Assembly (NCBI GenBank): GCA_037441475.1
Contig: JBBISB010000001.1
Location: forward strand, 126,418 to 158,417
Direction of reading: 5' to 3'
Length of the DNA stretch: 32,000 nt
Source: Candidatus Iainarchaeum sp.
Lineage (GTDB): Archaea > Iainarchaeota > Iainarchaeia > Iainarchaeales > CSSED10-239
In this document: positions 9,327 to 17,072 of the stretch, piece after piece
Layout: the number at the start of each line of letters is the position of its first letter
How positions within the stretch are numbered: the stretch's first letter is position 1
Position numbers and translations under genes: made by a program
The notes under the pieces: model-generated
What the model was told of the DNA's origin: nothing
Database searches by the model: none
Seen by the model: the letters and a program-made list of their open reading frames with translations, nothing else

Positions 9327-9704
9327 TTAATCAATTCTAAATAAAACATTTATATTTTTATTAGGGTTATCAACAGTGTTATAAAGTACATAATACCTAC
9401 CCATACCAGGCTCTCTTCTTAATTGTCTTGCAGAACCATCTACAGGTAACCTTAAGATTAAAAGATTATTATTTCTAACTGAAGGATTTAAGACGGATAT
9501 TGATTGAAATTGATATCCAATTAATTGTGAAAAGCTACCTTGTGAAAGCGAAGAAGGTAAGACAGGAGTAATAACATCTCCAGAGTCCCCCTTAATAACC
9601 CCAAAAACAAAAGGAGCAACATAAATATTTGTATCATAATCAACTGCAGAAATGAATGGAGAGAATAATAATAATGCGAAAAATAAATATAGATATCCCT
9701 TCAT
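9327..9704 (-). CDS. small secreted protein (125 aa), function unknown
   Basis: ORF with ATG at 9702-9704 and TAA stop. AAGGTTA motif lies 6 nt upstream. N-terminal signal peptide (YLYLFFALLLFSPFISA|VDY). Follows the only intergenic gap large enough (70 nt) for an internal promoter. Confidence 0.65.
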   Translation of the reverse strand: MKGYLYLFFALLLFSPFISAVDYDTNIYVAPFVFGVIKGDSGDVITPVLPSSLSQGSFSQLIGYQFQSISVLNPSVRNNNLLILRLPVDGSARQLRREPGMGRYYVLYNTVDNPNKNINVLFRID

Positions 9705-9710
9705 AACTTA

Positions 9711-9717
9711 TAACCTT
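9711..9717 (-). promoter_or_regulatory. Shine-Dalgarno-like site (AAGGTTA) for the 125-aa ORF
   Basis: Plus-strand taacctt lies 6 nt from the ATG at 9702-9704. Confidence 0.45.
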
Positions 9718-9774
9718 AAATATATTATAATAACTATAAAATATAGTTAAACAATATATTTATATATCTTACTT

Positions 9775-12700
9775 TTAACTACATTTTAAAGAATCTTGAG
9801 GAGAATCTATAAACTTTTGAGAGAATATCTCTGTTTGGTTATAAAAGAACTCAGAGGAAGAACCATCAGAGGAGTTAACCACACATACTTTGTTCTCTCT
9901 AATCATATTAAAGACGTCAGCGATAGAGGAAACAGCAAGATTACCCTCTCCTAAAGAAACACTAGAAGAATAACTAGTACCATTAGTTGAAAATCTAACA
10001 TTTACGCCTTGACTAGTTCTATTTTCAAGAGAGTATGTCTGCTTTTCAGGAGCATAAAAGATTGTTCTTAAATAGATCTTTCCTGTTCTATTAATCTGTG
10101 GCCAATCTATAAGGAAGGCAAAGGTTGCTCCTTCTGCGCCTGCATATCTATCATTATAACTCATGTTATATATGCTATTACCAGAAAAGTCACAACCTGA
10201 ACCTACGCCTGTCCATCTTAGAAGAGAGGTTAAAGATATAGCATTATCTGAACTATCTTTTAACCTATAGTAGACATTCAAAGGAGTGTTATTTCCTTTA
10301 TCTATACTCATTAAAAGAGGTATTGGAGAGCTTGGTGTTAAAAGAAGATCAATATTATTATACTGATCGTACTTAAGGCTTAATAAATTACCTCTTGTCT
10401 CTATATTTGAATTAATCTTTGAAAGATCATTTGATTTTGTAATATTTATGTTCTTTAAAGCATTTGAACCATAATCAGAGTCTGTTACAGTATAGTCATT
10501 ATCAATTCTTATGGAGTCTCCTGTGTATGAAACACCATACCCTTGTCTATTATACCCTGAGTTTGTTTTTCCAACAAAACCATTAAATGGCATTCTATAG
10601 AAGATACTGTCTGTTTCAGGAGAAGAGATAAACCTTAAAGTAACAAAGGCATTAACATCAACATCATTTCCTTCTTTAAATTTCCAAGAAGCATTATCAA
10701 ATAAGAAATCTATTCTTACTTTATATTTTCCAGGAACATTTATATTAACATTGTTTACTTCATTTGAATATTCTTTAACAAACTTTAAATTATTTTTAAA
10801 AAGTAAAGATAAATAATCATTTGAATATACTGTAGGAGATGCCATTATAGCATAGTTACCTGTACCTGTTCCATCTTTTTTAGATGCAAGTCCACCGTAA
10901 GCTATATCAAAGTCTTTTATAAAACTTTCATTGTATTTATCAGTTATTAAGTATGCATCAAACTCTAAGATATTTTTAAGCTTTATAATATCTTCTTCAG
11001 GCCAACCTGAACCAACAACATTATCAGGGTACATTTGTTTATTAAGCCACATATCTAAATAACTTGTTCCATCATACCTTGCGGTTGTTGCAGGGACAAG
11101 ACATTCTGATGTATTTGTATATTCATAGACAGATAAAGATAACAGAGAATTAAACACACTATGTTGTATAAAATTATTTGAAGAATTATAAACAATGTTT
11201 AAAGAAAGATTATCAGCAATTATTACTGGATTATTTTCAAAGTGATATAGGATTGCTGTAATATCATTATCAACAATTATTATTGGAATAGTCTCTTTAA
11301 TTTCAGAAACCGCTTTGAAAGATCCTAAACTTTCATCAAATATTTCTATTTTTTTAGGAGTATAGTTTGAAAGCTTTAATGATAAGGTACCGTTATCAAC
11401 AACACTATTTCTGTTTTCAAGAGTAACTTTAATTATTAAAGAGTTATTTTCAGTATTTATTCTTACTGAGTTTATACCTGATCTATTTACAGGAATCTCA
11501 TTATCTAATCTTGAAGGCTCTGCAGAAACAACATACCCCCCATTTTTATTTTTGTTATCTATTTGAGAATAACTTATAGGACATTGAACTGTTTTTAAAG
11601 AAATTAATTTTTCAGCTTCATTTATTCTGTTTAAAACAACCTGTGATAATTGTGTAGCATCACAGTATGTTTCACTACATTTAGTAGTATCTTGTAAATT
11701 CCATTTCCAATCAAGAGAGATGTTTGGAACAGCACCCTCTCCTGTCTTTCCTGATCTTCCGGTATCAGTAACACAATCTTGTAAATTAAGATCATAGTTA
11801 GGAGTTTCTTCTGGTTTTGTTAAAAAGAAACCTACTCTGTATTTTCCAAAGTCATCTGAAAATATATGGTTGTCAGAAGAACTATTTTCATTTAATGTAG
11901 GAACAATTGTATTTTCTTTAAAGAAATATTTTCTAGAATCATTATGAACCTGAGAATATAAGGCATCATCTAAGGTGTATTTTAAAGCCTTAATACCTGC
12001 TTGCTCAGGCCATACTTCTTTATTGTTTTTACAAACAAGATAAGCATTATGTTTTAAATTAACTTCATTTCTAGGATACCCTCCTTGACAAGAAATATTA
12101 AATTTATAAGTACCTTCTTCTTCTACAAACACATAATACATTGAACAACCATCATACTTATCAAAGTTGTTTGTTATTGAAACAAACTCTTGATTTGAAG
12201 GGCATTTATTTATTATGTTTGTAAATGTTTTTTTCTTAATTAATTTTCCTTTAACATTTAATTCTGATTTATAGTAATTGATGTTTTTAAGACCAGTTAA
12301 GTCAACAACTGATAAACTTAAATTTTCTGAACTAAGATTATTTAAAGTAATTTCTTTATATTCTGTAGAAAAATAAGATAAATTAAAGTCAGTAGTTAAA
12401 AAATCTTGTTCAACATCATAAATATTTGTAAAAGTTGGAGCTAATGCAGCTATAGCTAATAATGCCCCTCCTCCAATCCAACCCCATACAGGAACTACTA
12501 ATAAAGCACCAACAATACCAATCTCTGCAAGTATAGATGATGCAATTATGCCTATTGATACCCCACTTGTTGCCCATAAAAGAGGATCTGTGCCCTTACT
12601 TGAAGATAATTCATCAAAAGGAATAAAATTAATATTTCTTTGATATGGGTTGTAGTCTTTATTAAAATTTGTAATTGTGAAATCACTTTGACTTTGGTTT

Positions 12701-15700
12701 AAAAAATGCCATAATGTCTTCTCTAAATTATTATTATAAAGTCTTGTAACTTCTGAAGTCTTATTTTCATTAATCTCAATAAAAGGATCTTCCATCCATA
12801 AACCATTTTGGTCCTTTGCATTTATTTTTAAAAGAACAAAAGAAAATGCAAGCTCTCTTTGGAAGTTATTAACAACAGAGACTCTATTGTTTAAGATGTA
12901 AGCACCAGGTGCCTTTGTTGAATCTCTTTTTATAGTCACTGTTTTTTGAGCATCAAGTAAAGAGAAGTTTAAGATATTTCTTTCTTCATCAGTATTTAAG
13001 ATTTTTAAATCTCTACAACCATCATCAAAAGCATCACAAAGATCCATTCTAAAGGTTGCTTTTCCTACACATTTATTATTAATAGTTAAATTATTTTCTT
13101 CAATACCATTTAGAACATAAAGACCACCAGAGTTAATGGTTTTTCCTGTATTGTCAACATATCCAAAACACTCAGTTAAATCCATTAAAGAAAGATTTGC
13201 TTTTAAAATAACTTCTTTTGCTCCATTGTTTACAAAGACAAGACCTTGTTCAGTCTCTACTTGAGCATTAAGATGTATGTTTGTTTTAACTTCTGCAAAC
13301 TTAGTTCCATTAGGGTTAAAGGTTAAGTCTATTTTATAAATTTCCTCAGGTCTCATTTCAGGAATAACAATTCTGTAATAGTTTTCAGATAACTGTATCT
13401 GACTTGCAGAAGCAGGCCCTATAAGCTTAAAGAAATAAACACCAAATCTATCTCCTTGTGAAGTTATCTTAGCTTGAACATTCTTAACAGCTATTGGTGT
13501 TTTTCCTTCCTTTGAAAGACAAGTGTTAGTTATTGTTAAAGTTGTTGTTTGAGGAGAACCTGCAATTACTGTTGTCCAATCACTTACACCTTGAGTAACT
13601 ATTACACAATTATCCTCTAAAATTCCACTTCCAACAGAAAGTTTAACATTTACAGGAATATCAAACAAGTATTCATTATTGTTTAAAAGATATTTACCTG
13701 TAACTACACCTAAGATATCAACTGAAACTGGGTGGCTTCTTGCAGACTGGGAAGGAGCAAACTTAATTACAAGTTCCTTTGAGGAGTTTGCTGGTATTAT
13801 AAAACCTTCTTGAGAGGAGGTTATTTGGTTATTAAGATAATTTACAGTTTGTTCTAAGTTTAATAAATCTGATTTATTAAAAGAAACATCATGTGTGTTA
13901 AATTGTTTTAAAGAAATATCATATGCTGTTTTATTTTCTAAAACTAAAGTATATAACTCTCCATTTAAGTTTGTCTTATGGATAGAAGCTTGAAGAGGAG
14001 AAGTTGAAGTTAATAGAGAACCTTTGCTCTTAACATCTAAAATGTTTTTAGTTATTGAAAACTCTAAAGGAGTTGCATAATATTTAGACTTAATAGCCTC
14101 TATTATAAATGTCTCTCCTGTTCTTAAAGAAGGAAGAGAAATGTTTACAACACCCTTTTCGTTTGTTGTTTTACCAGTTGAAACAGTTAAAGTATCGTTA
14201 TTTACTTTTTGTAAAATATTAATATTTACACCCTCTAAAAAATTACCTTTAGAGTCCTTTACAGTAACAGTTAAAGTGAAAGGAGTTCCAGGAACAATGT
14301 TTTGAGGCTCGTAAGAAACACTCATCTTTTCAAGTTCAGAGACAACAAAGTTAATAGGTAAAGAATAAACTTCTTGTTGAGCAGAAATAACTCTGTTAAC
14401 CAACTTAGATTGTCCAAGATTTAAAGGAATTACTTCTAAAGAATAATCAATGTTTGAAAATGCAGAAAAGTTATCTTTTAAAAGTTCAGGAGCATTAAAA
14501 GGAATATTAAAGTTAGTTTCTCCTAAAGCTATATTACCAGATGATACAAACTCTCCAGATAAAGAATACTTCTTTATATTTATCATAGTTGCAGGAGTGT
14601 TATCACTCTTTAAATTTCTTGCAGAAACTCTTGCTTGAGAAAAGTTATTTGAAGAGGAGTTTGAAATTGTATATTCTAAAATATAATCTGAGTTAACCTG
14701 CATTGGAACTAATCTATTACTTCCAATATCATATCTTAAGCCCTCTAAAACATCCACATACTGACCAGAGAAACAAAAGGTGTTATTACATAAACTTGTA
14801 GCATCTACAAAGTATTGTAATTGTGAATATTGGGTATTCATAAAGTTAATAGAATTAATAGATGAAGTATAAAACAAAGATACCTTATCGTTTGTCTTAG
14901 CGTTCTTAATCCTTATAGGTATGGTTATTTCATGAACAGAGGCAGGATACCCTACTACCTGAACATTAACAAGCTTAGATTCTAAAAAGTTTCCTGAAAC
15001 TGAGAATGGTTCTTTTTCATAGTAAGTAGAAACACCTAAAGAACTGCTTTGTGGCATTATAAAAACAATATCTTCAGAAACATCAACCTTTGAACCTGCT
15101 CTAAATGCAAAATTAAAGCTAGAGGAGGAAGATGGCATTATTACCTTGTACTTAAGATAGAAAACTTCATTGTTCTTTAAAGACTCAACCTTATTTTCAG
15201 AAGTATTAAAAAGACCAAAATATTCAACAGAGACTTCATCGCCCACAAGTGCTCTTTCTAAAATAATTTCTTTAGTAACTGTTTTGTTCTTATAGATTCT
15301 AAAAAGCTCTGTAAAGTATGGAAGATAACCTGAACTTTCTATTTTAACAAAAACTCTTTTATCAGCCTTAACTTGGTTTTCTAAAAAACCATTAGCTGAG
15401 ACTAAGGAAGTTCCTAAAACTTCTAAACTTTCATAGTAAAAGGTTGCTTGAGCATCTGAGATTGAATCTCCTAGTTTGTTTTTAACATTTAACTTAATTG
15501 TTCCTTTACCTATAACTATTGGTAAAGTTATGTTTGTGTCTTCTGGTGGTGCATTATGGTATACTGAAGAAATTTCTTCTAAAAAGTCATTCTTTACTTT
15601 AATAGTAAAATTAAGATCAGGAATATTTTCAAAAGTTGAAATTCCATTTTCATCTGAAATTGAAAAACTAAATCTAGGGTCTATATACTGCCCTTGACTA

Positions 15701-17055
15701 TCGTATATCCATGTCTTGATATTCATCATTGGTTTTAAGTCTTCATCTTGTATCTTTACAACAATCTTTGAAACATTACTTATTGTTATTTTTTCTAAAT
15801 TAAAAATATATGTGCTTTGTGTTTCTAAAACAGGTAAAATATTACCTGTAATGTATCCTTCTGCTTCTGCTTTTAAAGAATAGTCTTTAGAAGTGTCTAT
15901 ATTAAAGATAAAGCCTTCATGTAAGTTTCTTTCTTCAATATTTTGGTTACCATCTAAAAGTAAGGTTACCTTAGGTGAAAAGGTTTCATCTAAGACTTCA
16001 CCAGTAGCTTTGTCTTTTATAAAAACTGTTATTTGTTTAATATTTATTTCTTGATTTGTATCAGGATTAATGATTGTTCCTGTGCTTGTATCAGCCATGA
16101 TTATCATAGCTTCAGCTTTTTTATTTTTTATAACAATTACTTGTGTTTGGTTTTGAAGATATCTATTTTGAATATCACTTGCTTTTACAATATATTCTCC
16201 TGCTTCAACAGAATTAAAGAAACCAACACCAAAGTTAGTTTGCACTGTTTTAATAGCAGTAACAGGATCATTAATTGAGAACAACTTTAAAGTGATTGAT
16301 TCTTCAATAAATAAATCTCCTGAAAGAACAGAAACTGAGATTGAACCAGTATCTCTTACTTCAACAAAAGGATTAATAGAAAATGTACTTTGTGTTGCTG
16401 GAATAGATATGCTTCTTTCATTATATCTATCACCAACAATTGTTGCTGATAATTTTTGACAGTTTGAAGGAACTCTAATAGCTAAAGTTCCATCTGTGGT
16501 GGATGCAGAGGAAGGCGTTATAATCTCTTGATTATCACAAACAATTGTAATATTAAGTTCTTCTTTAATCTTTAGGTTTGTTAAAGCATCTTCAAAGTAA
16601 ACTGTTTTTAAAAAATCTTTTTGAATGTTTAAAATAGGTATTATAAAGTTTAATGAAGGGGATGAAAAAGTTATTTCTTTTTCTGTATATTCATAACCTA
16701 CAGAATCAATTATTAAAAGATATAGTTTCTTTCTGTCTAAGGAAAGAGTTAAAGATCCATTCTGATTTGTCCTATAACTATTTAATGTTCCTTCTGATAA
16801 GTTTCTTATCTTGAAATCAAAGTTATCTAAAACATTATTTTCAGAATCAGCAAGCCTAATGGTTATATCAACCATATCTGCTCTTGAAGCTAATGAAGAA
16901 CCTAAAATAAAGTATAGAACAACTAATATTATTAATAAAAATAAAAAAAAAGAAGTTAAAGGAAATTTCTTGTCTAAAGGTCCTGTAATTTTTTTTATTG
17001 GTATTCTGTTATCTATCTTTGTTAAAATGTTTTGCCAGGTTTCTTTAAATGACAT
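9775..17055 (-). CDS. giant surface protein, paralog D (2426 aa): fused architecture with N-terminal anchor, beta-sandwich array, Cys-bracketed domains, internal double-TM hairpin and the long C-terminal module
   Basis: Uninterrupted 7281-nt ORF with TAA stop. AGAGGGA motif lies 6 nt upstream. TM at aa 33-55. CarboxypepD_reg-like repeats (e.g. LTVTVKDSKGNFLEGVNINIL). aa 1-1490 are collinear with the 1704-aa ORF. aa 1543-2426 are collinear with the 964-aa ORF (LDWKW, YCDATQLS, PGKYKV, YRMPFNG..RQGYGV, RWTGVGSGCDFSG, YLRTIFYAP). Confidence 0.92.
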   Translation of the reverse strand: MSFKETWQNILTKIDNRIPIKKITGPLDKKFPLTSFFLFLLIILVVLYFILGSSLASRADMVDITIRLADSENNVLDNFDFKIRNLSEGTLNSYRTNQNGSLTLSLDRKKLYLLIIDSVGYEYTEKEITFSSPSLNFIIPILNIQKDFLKTVYFEDALTNLKIKEELNITIVCDNQEIITPSSASTTDGTLAIRVPSNCQKLSATIVGDRYNERSISIPATQSTFSINPFVEVRDTGSISVSVLSGDLFIEESITLKLFSINDPVTAIKTVQTNFGVGFFNSVEAGEYIVKASDIQNRYLQNQTQVIVIKNKKAEAMIIMADTSTGTIINPDTNQEINIKQITVFIKDKATGEVLDETFSPKVTLLLDGNQNIEERNLHEGFIFNIDTSKDYSLKAEAEGYITGNILPVLETQSTYIFNLEKITISNVSKIVVKIQDEDLKPMMNIKTWIYDSQGQYIDPRFSFSISDENGISTFENIPDLNFTIKVKNDFLEEISSVYHNAPPEDTNITLPIVIGKGTIKLNVKNKLGDSISDAQATFYYESLEVLGTSLVSANGFLENQVKADKRVFVKIESSGYLPYFTELFRIYKNKTVTKEIILERALVGDEVSVEYFGLFNTSENKVESLKNNEVFYLKYKVIMPSSSSSFNFAFRAGSKVDVSEDIVFIMPQSSSLGVSTYYEKEPFSVSGNFLESKLVNVQVVGYPASVHEITIPIRIKNAKTNDKVSLFYTSSINSINFMNTQYSQLQYFVDATSLCNNTFCFSGQYVDVLEGLRYDIGSNRLVPMQVNSDYILEYTISNSSSNNFSQARVSARNLKSDNTPATMINIKKYSLSGEFVSSGNIALGETNFNIPFNAPELLKDNFSAFSNIDYSLEVIPLNLGQSKLVNRVISAQQEVYSLPINFVVSELEKMSVSYEPQNIVPGTPFTLTVTVKDSKGNFLEGVNINILQKVNNDTLTVSTGKTTNEKGVVNISLPSLRTGETFIIEAIKSKYYATPLEFSITKNILDVKSKGSLLTSTSPLQASIHKTNLNGELYTLVLENKTAYDISLKQFNTHDVSFNKSDLLNLEQTVNYLNNQITSSQEGFIIPANSSKELVIKFAPSQSARSHPVSVDILGVVTGKYLLNNNEYLFDIPVNVKLSVGSGILEDNCVIVTQGVSDWTTVIAGSPQTTTLTITNTCLSKEGKTPIAVKNVQAKITSQGDRFGVYFFKLIGPASASQIQLSENYYRIVIPEMRPEEIYKIDLTFNPNGTKFAEVKTNIHLNAQVETEQGLVFVNNGAKEVILKANLSLMDLTECFGYVDNTGKTINSGGLYVLNGIEENNLTINNKCVGKATFRMDLCDAFDDGCRDLKILNTDEERNILNFSLLDAQKTVTIKRDSTKAPGAYILNNRVSVVNNFQRELAFSFVLLKINAKDQNGLWMEDPFIEINENKTSEVTRLYNNNLEKTLWHFLNQSQSDFTITNFNKDYNPYQRNINFIPFDELSSSKGTDPLLWATSGVSIGIIASSILAEIGIVGALLVVPVWGWIGGGALLAIAALAPTFTNIYDVEQDFLTTDFNLSYFSTEYKEITLNNLSSENLSLSVVDLTGLKNINYYKSELNVKGKLIKKKTFTNIINKCPSNQEFVSITNNFDKYDGCSMYYVFVEEEGTYKFNISCQGGYPRNEVNLKHNAYLVCKNNKEVWPEQAGIKALKYTLDDALYSQVHNDSRKYFFKENTIVPTLNENSSSDNHIFSDDFGKYRVGFFLTKPEETPNYDLNLQDCVTDTGRSGKTGEGAVPNISLDWKWNLQDTTKCSETYCDATQLSQVVLNRINEAEKLISLKTVQCPISYSQIDNKNKNGGYVVSAEPSRLDNEIPVNRSGINSVRINTENNSLIIKVTLENRNSVVDNGTLSLKLSNYTPKKIEIFDESLGSFKAVSEIKETIPIIIVDNDITAILYHFENNPVIIADNLSLNIVYNSSNNFIQHSVFNSLLSLSVYEYTNTSECLVPATTARYDGTSYLDMWLNKQMYPDNVVGSGWPEEDIIKLKNILEFDAYLITDKYNESFIKDFDIAYGGLASKKDGTGTGNYAIMASPTVYSNDYLSLLFKNNLKFVKEYSNEVNNVNINVPGKYKVRIDFLFDNASWKFKEGNDVDVNAFVTLRFISSPETDSIFYRMPFNGFVGKTNSGYNRQGYGVSYTGDSIRIDNDYTVTDSDYGSNALKNINITKSNDLSKINSNIETRGNLLSLKYDQYNNIDLLLTPSSPIPLLMSIDKGNNTPLNVYYRLKDSSDNAISLTSLLRWTGVGSGCDFSGNSIYNMSYNDRYAGAEGATFAFLIDWPQINRTGKIYLRTIFYAPEKQTYSLENRTSQGVNVRFSTNGTSYSSSVSLGEGNLAVSSIADVFNMIRENKVCVVNSSDGSSSEFFYNQTEIFSQKFIDSPQDSLKCS
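9778..12429 (-). other. shared C-terminal module, long form, fused (aa 1543-2426 of the 2426-aa ORF)
   Basis: Same ordered motif set as the 964-aa ORF. YCDATQ is encoded near 11651-11672 and MPFNG near 10579-10600. Confidence 0.8.
12430..12582 (-). other. internal Gly/Ala-rich hydrophobic hairpin, two predicted TM helices (aa 1492-1542 of the 2426-aa ORF)
   Basis: LLWATSGVSIGIIASSILAEIGIVGALLVVPVWGWIGGGALLAIAALAPTF is 51 residues with one charged residue. It has small-xxx-small spacing, and a Pro/Trp/Gly-rich centre is the likely turn. Confidence 0.7.
15256..16875 (-). repeat. protein-level tandem array of CarboxypepD_reg/prealbumin-like beta-sandwich repeats (paralog D, aa ~61-600)
   Basis: DITIRLADSENNVLDNFDFKIRN..NQNGSLTLSL; ITVFIKDKATGEVLDE; IVVKIQDEDLKPMMNIKTWIYD..DENGISTFENI; IKLNVKNKLGDSISDAQATFYY. 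Boundaries are approximate. Confidence 0.7.
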
Positions 17056-17061
17056 TTAATA

Positions 17062-17068
17062 TCCCTCT
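17062..17068 (-). promoter_or_regulatory. Shine-Dalgarno-like site (AGAGGGA) for the 2426-aa ORF
   Basis: Plus-strand tccctct lies 6 nt from the ATG at 17053-17055, inside the 17-nt gap after the 964-aa ORF. This spacing suggests translational coupling. Confidence 0.5.
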
Positions 17069-17072
17069 TTAT

